The position numbers and the translations under genes are program-made. A model generated the notes under the pieces. The model made no database searches. It was not told where the DNA came from and saw only the letters and a program-made list of their open reading frames with translations. Shown here piece by piece: positions 1-12,548 of a stretch of DNA of 30,934 nucleotides (position 1 is the first letter of the stretch; each line of letters begins with the position of its first letter). The DNA lies in NCBI RefSeq assembly GCF_006345805.1, contig NW_021832475.1:1-30934 (forward strand), read 5' to 3'. The DNA comes from Octopus sinensis. Its lineage: Eukaryota.

Positions 1-70
1 CCACAGAACTGTGATTCTCAAGCGATACACACACACATGCATATGCATACAGGCTTATGTGTACCAACAT

Positions 71-401
71 TCTTAAAGACTCCGTCGGTTACGACGACGA
101 GGGTCCCAGCTGATACGATCAACGGAACAGCCTGCTCGTGAAATTAACGTGCAAATGGCTGAGCATTCCACAGACACGTGTACCCTTAACGTAGTTCTCG
201 GGGATAATCAGCGTGACACAGAGAGTGACAAGGCTGACCCTTTGAAATACAAGTACAACTCATTTTTGCCAGCTGAGTGGACTGGAGCAACGTGAAATAA
301 AGTGTCTTGCTCAAGGACACAACGCGTCGCCGGGAATCGAACTCACAACCTTACGATCATGAGCCGAATGCCCTAACCACTAAGCCCTCACGCGCCCTCA
401 C
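71..401 (-). mobile_element. tRNA-derived SINE, family C, full length with a 12-bp target-site duplication
   Basis: The minus strand has a tRNA-like head (GGGCTTAGTGGTT A-box-like, GAGTTCGATTCCC B-box), then a CORE-like CCTTGAGCAAGACACTTT. It is flanked by identical GTGTACCAACAT at 59-70 and 402-413. A second copy lies at 18131-18418. Confidence 0.85.
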
Positions 402-933
402 GTGTACCAACATAGTGTACCTACATATGTTGTCTGAAAATATTGGAGTCTTGATACCAACTTTGCTTTAAGGAAACATTGTCGATTGCATACTTTGATT
501 TTGCAAAATTAACAACCCACATTTGTATAAAAGGAGATCCGTTAAAAACGCTGATGTAGATAAGATAATTGGTATGAATATAAAATAATTTGTTGAAACA
601 AACTTTGATGATAAAAGATTAAACAACTATAAAATTAATACTTCTAATCATGGTACCAACTTACCAATATTATTTAGCGAGACACAAAGGGAGACACTAA
701 TGTGGTATTGCCAAATCGACTCCACAATTAAAATAAAAGATATAGATAGGAAAATGAATTGCTAGCGGGTACAAAAGTCTGGATACTTAAATGTGTGAAA
801 TATTTACAAATTTTGCGTGACGTGAAATAATTCGTCTTTTTTTTAAATATTTTATTTCTTAAATGGTGGAACTTGAAGTAGATAATGCTGTAAATAATAG
901 CATGTAAATATTAGGCTTTAATCAGTTTGGATA

Positions 934-1170
934 GGTGCAAGAGTGGGTGGGGTGTGTGATAAGAAGGCTGCGTCTGAACCACATGGTTCCGAGTTCAGTC
1001 CTTCAGCGTGAAAATTTGGGCAAGTGTCTTCTATCATAGCCTCATGCAGACGAAAGCCTTGTAAGTGGAATTGGTAGACGGAAACTGAAAGAAGCCCATC
1101 GTATATAAATATATATCTAGGTGGTACCCTAGCATGGCCGCAGTCAAGTAATTAAAGCAAGTAAAAAATA
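934..1170 (+). mobile_element. tRNA-derived SINE, family A, internally deleted
   Basis: Head and TTGGGCAAGTGTCTTCTA...GACGGAAACTGAAAGAAGCCC match the complete copy at 24515-24955. The sequence then jumps to the AGCATGGCCGCAGTCAA tail. Confidence 0.8.
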
Positions 1171-2206
1171 ACATAGTAGAAGGTCGCAGGCTCTCATGTC
1201 TACAGAAAATGTAGGTTCGAGTACCACGAGTAGTTTCCCTCTTTTTGTATCCAAAATGTATTTTTTAACTCAGAATTATTTATAGCTTTATCTACTTCGA
1301 GTTCTACCATACATAAAAAGAAAAACGAAATATTTTCTTTTAATTTCAAATTGAATTCCCTCCGGTAACGTCTTCGAAACGACTTACCAAAATGAAGATT
1401 AAAATAAAATGAAACATGACAATAGTTATCTGTGAATAAAAAGCTATGAATTATCAAATGTAAGAAGAGCTGTTTAAAACAATAAAGCACTGAAAATTAA
1501 ACTATTCACGATAAATATACATAGTGAATTACTACTAAGAGATGTAAAATGATGCAATACAATCTATGTTGTATAAAAGGGGGAAAAAAATGAAACACGA
1601 TTCCAAAGAACATAAATAACTGCAACAGTATCTACGCTATGGCATCACATATATTTAGTAGCAGAAAACGAAGAATAAGAAATAATAATAAAAAAAATAA
1701 ATCTCTCACCGACAAGTAAGAATATGAAAAGGAAAGAGAAAAAAAATGTAATGCCTACAGAAACAAATGAATATAGAGATATAGATTGTACGATAGAACG
1801 TATGAAAGACAACAATGATGTGATAAAATTCTTACGCATTGAAAAACAAAACACAACACAGAGTTATATATTGTATATCGTTAAATAACAGAGTCTTTAT
1901 CAGACAAGGGAATCATACATTATAAATAATTACTCTGCGAATATATGATAACTATATAGATACAACGAGTATATACCATCGAATGTGTTGTGTATACAGT
2001 GTATGTAGGTATCAAATATCTTTGTAAATTAGTAAAGAAGAGTGTTTAGTCATATGTATATATATATATATCTATATGTATGTATGTATGTAGGTATGCA
2101 TGCATATGCGAGTGAGTGTATGTGTGTGTAATTGCATAACTATCTATGTCTCTATGTGTACATTTTGTGTGTGTGGTGTGTGTGTGTGTGTGTGTGTGTG
2201 TGTTTA

Positions 2207-3094
2207 CAGGGTGCGGTGAATAAACCGTCGTCTTAATTACTAAAAACTGAAAATAACACTTACGTCTAATTTTAATAGATATATTTACCAAAATTACGTA
2301 AAAGTATCTTGAAACACTAGGGAATAAATTTACTCAATAAAATCACCATTGGTTTCAACCACAGCCTCCAGACGACTTCGGAATCTCTTGCACCTCATCT
2401 GGACTGACCCCTTGTTTGAGTTAATCAATGCTGCCATAATCCTTGCCTTCAGTTCATCTTTGGTGTTACAAGGAGTTTTGTTGGTCTCTTGCTCACCTGG
2501 GTCCCACACATAATAATCAAGTGGGTTGCAGTCTGGGGAATTAGGGGCCAGATTTTTGGGGAGATATGGTTACAGAAATTGACTGACAGCCATGACTGGA
2601 GTCTTTTGTTTGTGTGGCATGGTGCAAAGTACTGTTGCCAGACATATGGTCTTCCAGCAGTCACCCTCTTGACCCAGAGTGGCGCTACCTCCTCCAGGTA
2701 CTTGATGTAGGCCTCTTTGTTGAGTCAGAGGCTGTGTGGGAAGACGAATGGAGTCATAACGTCGCTATCACTAGTGATACCACTGAACACCTTATTGTTG
2801 ACTGGATGTTTAAATTTTACCACTTTCGGTACATGTCCTCAGATTACACTGTCCTCAGATTGACACCCAAGCACTCTGAAATGTTCGTATTGGAGATTCT
2901 GGTGCGAACGCCAAGCAGTACAGCAAGTCATTTCCAATTTTGTAGCTGAGTGAATTGCGTCATGGTGTTATTTTTCTCACAGATGGTGCCTCACTGACCC
3001 TACAATACTATGTAATCGACAAAATCGGAAAAAAAAACAATACCCATCAGTATTTAAAAATACGAAATGGCGACAATTAACCCATCGCAGGTTG
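2207..3094 (-). mobile_element. Tc1/mariner-superfamily DNA transposon remnant (DD37D/maT-type), internally deleted pseudo-transposase
   Basis: The left end is TA|CAGGGTG and a degenerate inverted end finishes TG|TA at 3094-3096 (18/29 match by eye). Minus-strand peptide pieces: MTQF...ISECLGVNLRTV (HTH-like), PKVVKFKHP, WQQYFAPCH...WP/NSPDCNPLDYYVW...RLEAVVETNGDFIE* (stop 2330-2332). The second-to-third catalytic residue spacing is 37 aa after repairing one frameshift, and the second D is mutated to Y. Confidence 0.8.
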
Positions 3095-3099
3095 TATAT

Positions 3100-3424
3100 G
3101 CGCGCGCGCGTTTGTGTGTATGTGTGAGTACGTGCATATGTGTATGTATATAATACCTACATATATGTGTCTGTGTGTGTATAATACATGTGTATATTTA
3201 CACACACACACACACATATATATATATGCACACACACATATATACGCATATAAGTATAGTTATGTAGATTGGTATATAAATATGTGGATGCATAATGCAT
3301 ATATACATACACACATGTATGTATATATTTATAAATTGAAACATTTCTATCTCCACACACACACACACACACTCATATACTTCAAGAACGCCTACGCACA
3401 AATTCCTGTATTTGTATACATGCG

Positions 3425-3488
<64 letters not shown>

Positions 3489-3665
3489 GTGTGTGTGTAA
3501 GTATATCTATCTATCCAGCCACCAATCTATCTATATTTAAATATATATACCTTCACATACATATATAGTCATATATACATGTGTCTGTATTTGTGTGTGT
3601 CTATGTGTCTGTGTGTGCCAGTCTGTATTCACGTATTTATGCATACATATGTGTACACGTGTGTA
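3100..3665. repeat. compound (TG)/(CA)/(TA) microsatellite
   Basis: Direct inspection. Confidence 0.9.
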
Positions 3666-3789
3666 TATCAGTATATTTCTGTACGTATTGACAGTGAGGA
3701 AGAAAAAGCATCTAACAGAAATTCAACGGAGAGGGAAAAACTAGAGTACTATTGTGTGAGATCCAACGCAAGCACAAATATTATCAGTC

Positions 3790-4095
3790 CGTAAAAATAA
3801 AAGTAATGGCTGTAATTAAGGATGACGAACAACATAAAGGAATGAAAGAAACATTAATTGATCAGATGAAAGGTAAGCTTCGGAAAATAAATCGATGCAG
3901 AAAAAAGAAAAAAAAAATTAATAAGTAAATAAAAAGACAACAGGAATAACACAATTCCAGAATTCAAATAAAATTAAATGTTGCGAGACGAAAAACAGGA
4001 AAAAATAAAGTTTACAGGGAATTAAACAGCAAACACCATAAAAGTAGATATTTTACCAGACAAAGAAGTACAAACGATTTGAGGAAACATATGTA
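3790..4095 (+). pseudogene. highly degraded R4/Dong-like non-LTR retrotransposon ORF fragment (pre-RT region)
   Basis: Remnant peptides FYRELNSK (tttacagggaattaaacagcaaa) and PDKEV...FxGNI resemble the region upstream of the RT in R4-clade ORFs. There are many stops and frameshifts. Recognised from memory only. Confidence 0.3.
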
Positions 4096-4703
4096 AGGCA
4101 GAAAAAAACACTGCGTCAAACAAATAGATTTAAGTACAAAATCAAATATAGATTTGCTTGTGTAGAAAGCAGAGAATTAAGTGGGATATGAGTGTTGTAA
4201 TTCACATAAAGCATTGCTATGTGTGTATATAAATGATGTAAATGTTTGAGAGAAAGTAAAAGAAAGACTCTTTTGAGCAATGCAGATAAACATTTAGGCA
4301 ACTTATGTTTGGTGATATGAATAAATAAAAACCAATTATTGTACTACGTTAGATAAGCTGGTCATATGATACTTTAATATTTCGGAAAGGAATCCCTTTC
4401 TCAAATAGAAGAACATAAAGAATCAAAGAGTTCGTAGAAATGTGTTGTTACTGACAGACACATCAGAATGATGTGCAACTAGCAACATATCTCTCCGAAC
4501 TATAATTTCTTTCTTTCTTTTATTTATTTAAAAAGGGAAATTTTACCGAAATATTAAAAAAATCATTATGCTCCCTATATAAGATATTACAATATCTTTT
4601 AACCAGGTTTTCACCTTTTGGTCTCACTTTACATAATTCGTCTAAGTGCTTATACGTTATTGCTCAGTGGGGGAAACATTTCAACCGAACAAGGTCCCGA
4701 AAG

Positions 4704-4912
4704 AGAAGAAGAAGAAGAAGAAGAAGAAGAAGAAGAAGAAGAAGAAGAGAAGAAGAAGAAGAAGAAGAAGAAGAAGAAGAAGAAGGAGGAGGAGGAAGAA
4801 GGGAAGAAGAAGGAGGAGGGGGAGAATGAAAAGAAGAAGAAGAAGAAGAAGGAGGAGGAGGAGGAAGGGAAGAAGAAGGATGAGGAGGAGGAAGAGAAGA
4901 AGAAGACGAAGA
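4704..4912. repeat. (GAA)n/(GAG)n purine trinucleotide microsatellite
   Basis: About 210 bp almost entirely of purines on the + strand. Confidence 0.95.
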
Positions 4913-5062
4913 ATGGCAGACCTAAATAACAATGATAAGAAGAATATCATCCAGCTGACCATATATAATTTCATTTTGAGTAAATCCCCACATTTTATGT
5001 CTGTCGTATCGTCACAGTCATGTATCGTCCACCTGACAAATGAAAGGATCCCTTATCATTAA

Positions 5063-5182
5063 AGTTTGCCTTTCATCCTTTCGTGGTCGATAAAATAATT
5101 ACAAGTTTAGCAACGGTGTCGATGTGATCGGATTTCGCTTCACCACCGCAGACGTGCTAGACTTGTACAAAAATTTAAAAGC
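5063..5182 (+). mobile_element. SINE family B 3' fragment (type-1 tail) ending at (TTA)n
   Basis: TTTGCCTTTCATCCTTTCGTGGTCGATAAAATAA matches the central domain of the copy at 6512-6740. Confidence 0.6.
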
Positions 5183-5210
5183 ACTATTATTATTATTATT
5201 ATTATTATTA

Positions 5211-5452
5211 TATGTCTGTACAAGTTGGCTCCAAGTCTCACCCAGAGACCTCAAGAGACAACAGGCTGGAAGTTCACGTTGTTGTTATGCCTAGTGTGCC
5301 ATATATTTGTTTTTTTTTTTGTGTTTTTTTATGTCTAATACATAAAAAAAAGTTTGTTTTAAACCTTGGGATTACATAGAGAATATTTTGCGTAGGATAT
5401 GAGCAGTTCCTATGAGAACTATCTTTTGAATTTCTGCCATTTTGGGGTTTCC
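5211..5452 (-). mobile_element. 3' end of an R4/Dong-clade (RLE) non-LTR retrotransposon with a (TAA)n tail
   Basis: The minus frame ends GNPKMAEIQKIVLIGTAHILRKIFSM* (stop 5372-5374), resembling the C-terminus of R4/Dong ORFs. About 160 nt of 3' UTR follow, then (TAA)n at 5185-5210. The 5' junction is also in (TAA)n. Confidence 0.65.
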
Positions 5453-5478
5453 ATTATCATTGTTATTATTATTATTAT

Positions 5479-6020
5479 TGAGTGAGAGAGAAGTGCATGC
5501 CATCAAAGTGACACTGGGGTAAAATATACGAAGCCCAGTATACCCATCGTGACTACCCGTCTCATAAAGGTACACCAGGCACATACATCACAACCATATG
5601 TGCGCAACAAGGTGATCTCATATCAAGATAAACAGCACATGACCTTGCAGTTAGAATTTTCTTCTGGTCGAGTAACCCATCCGGCTCAAAAGGTCACTGA
5701 ATAAAGGTTGTTTAAGGATGTTGAACTAACCACCCATGTTTAAAAAGTGAATTATCCAAACCGCCAAGAATTCCTTTCACACACAAGAATTCCTTTCAAC
5801 CCCACCACTTCTGCTCGTGGTCAGAGATGCACATATTGTTAGCCATTAAGGGACATGCTCAACTGGTTATGGTCAAACAACTAACAAGCAAATCTGTGGT
5901 ATTGAGCAGAATATTTGCTGTAGCCCATCATTTATACCAAGACAAAACAACGTACATAACACTTCCAATCAGTTAAGACCAGAAGACATGAGAGCTATTG
6001 CTTGGTACCGCATCAGGGTA
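5479..6020 (-). mobile_element. (TAA)n-flanked non-coding interspersed element, copy 1 (probable non-autonomous retroelement or LINE 3' UTR)
   Basis: Nearly collinear with 6050-6429, sharing the same left end (TGAGTGAGAGA) next to (TTA)n. No ORF. Confidence 0.7.
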
Positions 6021-6049
6021 TTTATTTTTATTATTATTATTATTATTAT

Positions 6050-6427
6050 TGAGTGAGAGAGCAGTTCATGCCATCAAAGTGACACTGGGGTAAAATATAC
6101 GAAGCCCAATATACCCATCATGACTACCCGTCTGATAAAGGTACACCAGGCACATGCATCACAACCATATGTGCGCGACATGGTGATCTCATATCAAGAT
6201 AAACAGCACATGACCTTGCAGGTGGGGCCCAGTTAGAATTTTCTTCATATTGAGTAGCCCATCCTGCTCAAACGGTCCCTGAATAAGGGTTGTTTAAGGA
6301 TGTTGAAAGAACCACCCATGTTTCCAGAGGTGAACTATTCAAACCCCAAAGAATCCCTCTCAACACATGGCTATGATGCTCCCCCACTTAGCTATGATGC
6401 TCCCCCACGGCTATGATGCTCCCCCAC

Positions 6428-6429
<2 letters not shown>
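6050..6429 (-). mobile_element. (TAA)n-flanked element, copy 2, 5'-truncated with a triplicated junction
   Basis: Homologous to about 5479-5810. The right end carries three copies of CTATGATGCTCCCCCAC. Confidence 0.7.
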
Positions 6430-6511
<82 letters not shown>

Positions 6512-6512
<1 letters not shown>

Positions 6513-6740
6513 ACGGCGAGGTGGCAGAATCGTTTGCACGCCGGGTAAAGTGCTCAGCGGCATTCCGTCTGTCTGCACGCTCTGAGATCAAATTCCGCTA
6601 GGGTTGACTTTGCCTTTTCATCCTTTCAAGGTCGATAAAATAAGTAGTACCAGCTCAAAACTGGGGACCGATGCAATCGACTTATCTCTTCCCACCCAAA
6701 ATTGCTGCCGTTCGTTGAGACAAAATAATGAAATCATTAT
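6512..6740 (+). mobile_element. tRNA-derived SINE, family B, full head, type-1 tail
   Basis: TGGCAGAATCG A-box-like, GAGATCAAATTCC B-box-like, central GTTGACTTTGCCTTTTCATCCTTTCAAGGTCGATAAAATAAG, tail CCCAAAATTGCTG. Confidence 0.8.
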
Positions 6741-6801
6741 CGTTATCATGATAATCTTTAATTACTGCTATCATTATTCTTGTAATTATCATCATTAAGA
6801 A

Positions 6802-6835
<34 letters not shown>

Positions 6836-6919
6836 TGAGACAAAATATGAAATCATTATCGTTATCATGATAATCTTTATTACTGCTATCATTATTGTTG
6901 TTATTATCATCATTAAGAA

Positions 6920-6956
<37 letters not shown>
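6714..6956. repeat. 120-bp tandem duplication including an (AGT)n run
   Basis: GTTGAGACAAAATA...CATTAAGAAT(AGT)n starts at both 6714 and 6834. Confidence 0.9.
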
Positions 6957-6957
<1 letters not shown>

Positions 6958-7349
6958 TAGTAGTAGTAGTAAATGCTGCTACTGCTGCTGCTGCTGCTGC
7001 TGCATTGGCGCATATAGAAGACAAGCAGGACATCACCACATATAGGTAGATCCAATGACAGCAGATCTGTCTTGTAGAAGGTCAGATGAGAAGTAATGGA
7101 GGTCAGTAAAATTTGAACGGAATCTGTCTTCCAGCTTCAGATGTTAGAATCTTTCAAAGAGAGAACAACAAAGAAAACCTAGCTTGACAGCTGCAAGCTA
7201 CAGATATATCGGCTAACGTTGGGAGAAATTAAAACCGAACCCGAGCGTATTTTCATCTATGGAAACATGTTCGATTCCTATTGATCTTTCTACTTTTTCC
7301 GCCATGCTGTTGATATCAAGGAATTTGTCGTATGTATGCTATCTACATG

Positions 7350-7681
7350 AATACGTAAACACGTACACACACACACACACATACAAACACACAGATATAT
7401 ATAATACATACAGATGGACATACACACACACACACGTATATATGTATGCATAAATATAGATATGTGCGTGTGTGTGTACACACATATATATATGCACCTA
7501 TATATGTATTTATATATAAATATACATCTAATCATGAACGTATACATGTATATATATATTATATATATATATGTATATATATATATATTATATATATATG
7601 TATATATATGTATATATTTATGTATGTATATGCATGTATATATATATATGTATACATACATATACATATATGTTTATTTAT

Positions 7682-7712
<31 letters not shown>

Positions 7713-7772
7713 CATATATGCGAGTGAGTTGGCGAATGGAAGAAAGTGGCACTCAACACATTTGCTGGGAAT

Positions 7773-7826
<54 letters not shown>
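7350..7826. repeat. compound (CA)/(TA) microsatellite
   Basis: Direct inspection. Confidence 0.9.
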
Positions 7827-7829
<3 letters not shown>

Positions 7830-8074
7830 CGAGAGCCAGAAGCTGTTTCATATTGTCGTGTTAGAAGTGGTCCTAGAGACTATGATTTAGTGAAAGTGTA
7901 AAAGAAATTTCAAGATAGTATTTCCTATGTCGAGATTTATCTATATGGCCGTTTATATATGTTTATAGAAGAAGGAAGTCTTTTTGTACACAAACACAAC
8001 AAAAATGTTACACTATGCAGACATAATACGCACATGCACACACGCGCGCAGGGACATATATTTCTGTTCATCAA

Positions 8075-8750
<676 letters not shown>

Positions 8751-8753
8751 TTA

Positions 8754-9149
8754 GGCGCATGAGTGGATGTGTTGTTACCAATCACATGTTCCGGGTTCAG
8801 TCCCGCTGCGTGTCACCTTGGTCTTCTACTGTAGCCTCGGCCCGACCAAAGCCGTGTGAGTGAATTTGGTAGACAGTAACTGGAAGAAGCCCGTCCTATA
8901 TGTATATATATATGTATATGTATGTATGTGTATATGTTTGTGTGTCTGTGTTTGTCTTCCCCACCCCATACAACGTCAATGGACAACTGATGATGGTGTG
9001 TTCACGTCTCCGTAACTTAGCGGTTCGACAAAACAGATCGATAGAATAAATACTAGGCCTACAAAGAGTAAGTTCTAGGGTCGATTTCCTCGACTAAAGG
9101 CGGTACTCCAGCATGGTCGCAGTCAAATGACTGAAACAAGTTAAAGAGC
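8754..9149 (+). mobile_element. SINE family A, near full length
   Basis: GGCGCATGAGTGG...GGGTTCAGTCCC...CAGTCAAATGACTGAAACAAG. Confidence 0.85.
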
Positions 9150-9309
9150 ATATATATCCATATATATATATATATTGATTAGACACAGTAATTTAAGGGC
9201 ATAATCATGCTGATAAGATGATAAGGAAAGGCTTTCCGCCTATCTAATAATTCACATTTTAATCTATAAATGAATATATAGAAATGTTTTAGTACGTGCC
9301 TTTTCCTTT

Positions 9310-9450
9310 GTACCTTTCCCCACCACCGCATGACAACAGTTGTTGGGTCGTTGATGTCGTACTTACTTAGCAGCTGGACAAAAGCTACCGATATAATATG
9401 CACTAGATTTAAAACATAAAAAGTGGGTTGAGAGACTTCAGTCATTTTTC
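9310..9450 (+). mobile_element. degenerate SINE-A 3'-half fragment
   Basis: CCCCACCACCGCATGACAAC...CTTAGC...CCGATATAAT resembles the SINE-A body. Confidence 0.4.
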
Positions 9451-9452
9451 AG

Positions 9453-10230
9453 TTTTAACAAAATACTCTCGAATCAGCAATTTGGCTTTAGAGAAAACTT
9501 AAGTACTACTGAAGCAATCCATGAATTTCTAGATCATGTCTATAGTTCACTAAACATCTCCAAATATTTCCATGCAGTTTACGTTAATACCAGTAAAGCG
9601 TTCGATTCCGTACATTGAGATATATTGTTGGCCAAACTTAGGCATACAGGAATGCGTGTAGTTCCAAACAACTGGTTTAGATCATGCCTCTCACAGCATA
9701 AATAGAATATTTCTGTTGAAACACCGAATTCACCATTATCCGCTATAAAGCTAAGAGTCCCTTCAAGGGTCTATACTGGGCCCATTACTGTTCCTTATCT
9801 ATATTAATATGTACAACTCCACTAATTTATTAACATTTTCTAAATCTCCCTGTTGATTCTACTATTTTATTAGTCACCAGGACCTTCACTCCCTATTCAA
9901 TACAGCTAATTCTGAGCTGGGCAAGATTTATCAATGGCTTATCGCTAATCGGCTTACCCTTAATATATATATATATTAAAAAAAACCCTGCTACATGTTT
10001 TTCTCCACAAAGCCGAAACAGCTTCTTCCTAATGTCCTCATTGCAGGTAAAGCAATTTCACACGTAACATCAAGAAAATTTCTCGGCATTCATATTGATG
10101 AGTCCCTCAGTTTCAAAACACATATAAGCAATTTATTGAAGCAAAATTCCCGTACTCTTGGTATGTTAAATAGAATTACCCTCTTCTCGAAAATGTTAGA
10201 ATCACTCTTTATTATTCTTTAATATACTCA
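9453..10230 (+). pseudogene. ancient CR1/L2-group reverse transcriptase fragment
   Basis: Translates QQFGFRENLSTTEAI...NTSKAFDSVH*DILLAKLRHTG...NWFRSCLS and QGSILGPLLFLIYIN, with stops and frameshifts. Confidence 0.75.
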
Positions 10231-11424
10231 AAATTGTCTTACTGTGTTGCTTGCATGCAAATGATGTTTCTTGTTTTCCATAAATATTGACCTATTTATT
10301 CGTTATAATTTGACCTCCTACCAACTTGCCCGAATCAGCCATGTTGCCAAAGGGCTAAATCCGATTTTGTATGCAATTTCTGAAAAAAAAAATGTTTTTG
10401 CAATCTTTATTTATTGTAATCAATAAAAGAATTTTCGATGTAAATTGGATTAATGAATATATTTATTTATCTAGTTAATTCCTCTAATTGTCCATAATTC
10501 AATGACTGAAAGAAGTAGAATGGAATGAGTGCAAAAATGATCGAAATAATACTATGGCACTAATTTATGGAATTACACCTAAGAGAAAGTGAATAGATAA
10601 GTTTATTTATGACCTTATTTGTCTTCTCAATTATTTGCTATAAAATCATACAATTCACTAAATTTCTTGCTTTTATTTTAGCACCCATGTCAACATTTTA
10701 CTATCAGCTTACTTTGAGTTTTAAATCCCAAACTGCACCGTCCATTGCAACGTTTCCCTTACTTATTAAAGCGCAATGTTACGTGTCTCTCTCTTCTTCA
10801 AAAATGCACAACCAGTGCAAATGTCTCTCTGCATATAGAAACGTATTACATTCCAAGATCTCCAGACTGACTGTATAAATCCTCATATCCGTGGAATCGA
10901 CATCTTTTTAAGACAGGAATTTCTCAGAATCATTCACTATAGTTGTACCAAGTTGGACGTATTTTCACTTAAATTATATGATGACATATCTCAGCTTACG
11001 ATCTTTCAACAGGCTGTCGACGACTGGTGTTTGAGATTCTGACACATCGATTTTTCTTAGAAACGTACATGTTTTTAAACAGAATTTGATCAGCAAACCA
11101 ACAGCGAAAAGTTTATTATTGAAGGTAGGAAAACTATTCTGCCTATGATATTTCTGTTGAACGCTATTAAAAATATCTGCTAGAGACATTTACTTGCTTT
11201 TCATCGGCAAACAGAGAATATATCTGTTCATATTTTCAGTAGATTTTCGTAGTTACCCCGATTGAGGACGGTCAGCATAGCCAGTTATTTCATTGAACAT
11301 ATCCGCAGAATGTCAGGCAGCATTTATACAGAATTTAATTTCAAGTTAGATCTGAAAATGACAATTTCAGTTTATGCAGTTTAAAAATATTTATCGCATT
11401 GCTGGTGGTAAACTTTATTTATCT

Positions 11425-12513
11425 CATGGGTGGTGTCACTGTGAGCTGGGGATTTTAGATAAGCCTTCCTGTGATCCAAAAGTGTACAAAGGCAGATGAA
11501 TTAAAGGAATCCTATCTGTGGAGGCACGTGACCAAACTGTACCTGACAGTTAACATGAGGGCCCAATTATTTAGTGATCAATCTGCCGGGCTGTTTTCAC
11601 ACCAGCTTTTGAACATTGGAAATGGGAAACTACCTTATGCCCAGCGAATGAAGTAAGACAATCTACCCTGTGGGGAGATGGTATCAACAATCAATGATCT
11701 CAAAATGCATGTGTTTCCAAACATTGCACAAAACTTTAGCAACAGTCAAATACCATGTGAGCGAACCATCGTAGTTCCACGTAATGATGCTGTCGACAAA
11801 ATCAATTGGAATCTCTTGTAGCTGTTGCCAGGAAAAGAACAGTCTTTCAAATCCATTCACACTGTTATTGATCAGGACCAAGCAGTAGTTTTTCCAACTG
11901 AGTTCATGAACTCTCGACAGCCATCTGGGATGCCACCTCACAACTTAAAACTTAACAAGGGAGCCCCAGTTATGCTACTCAAGAATCTGGATCCATCTCA
12001 CCTGTGCAATGGCACCAGACTGTTGGCAAATGCGATGCAACTCCATATCCTGGAGGCAGCAATTAACACCGGGAAATATAATGGTGGGGATGTCTGCATT
12101 CCACGGATCACGTTAATTCCGTTAATCCCTTTCATTTTAAACGGCTCCAGTTCCCAGTTAAACGAAGTTTTGCTATGTCGATATAAAAATTTCAAGGGCA
12201 ATCTTTCAAGAGTGTTAGATGTAACCTTACTTCTCCTTGCTTTTCTCATGGGCAACTATATGTAGCATGTTCGCAAGTTGGAAGGCCCAAAACTCCTTTT
12301 ATTTCCACCCTATTTAGAGGACACACTGTAAACATTAATAATTTAGAAGTTCTACAAAATTAAACTTTGATTTTAGGATTTGTTTTAACAACTTTGTATA
12401 TATTCACGGCATTTGATAGAATATTTCTCAAAATATATTTTTTATCAGAATAAATATATTTATTTCCTTTAACATTCTTCAAACATCCAAGCAACGCCGG
12501 GTACTTAGGCTAG
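11425..12513 (+). mobile_element. Helitron 3' portion: PIF1-family helicase pseudogene and 3' CTAG terminus
   Basis: Motifs GGVTV..GDF....LPV, LYLTVNMRAQL, PPHNLKLNKGAPVMLLKNLDPSHLCNGTRL, RLQFPV..SFAM, FSHGQLYVACS. The element ends GCAACGCCGGGTACTTAGGCTAG|T (CTAG 12510-12513 followed by the T of an AT target). Confidence 0.85.

Positions 12514-12548
<35 letters not shown>

Noticed and set aside
330-400. SINE heads as functional tRNA genes (also at 6512, 8754 and 24515)
   Set aside because: They have A/B-box similarity only and no intact acceptor or anticodon stems. Each continues into a SINE body.
4618-5062. Poly-E/K/R ORFs
   Set aside because: They are translations of a GAA/GAG microsatellite with no complex sequence or splice support.
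7020-7335. Non-repetitive segment as a possible exon
   Set aside because: All frames close within about 40 codons, there is no convincing donor/acceptor pair, and no peptide is recognisable.
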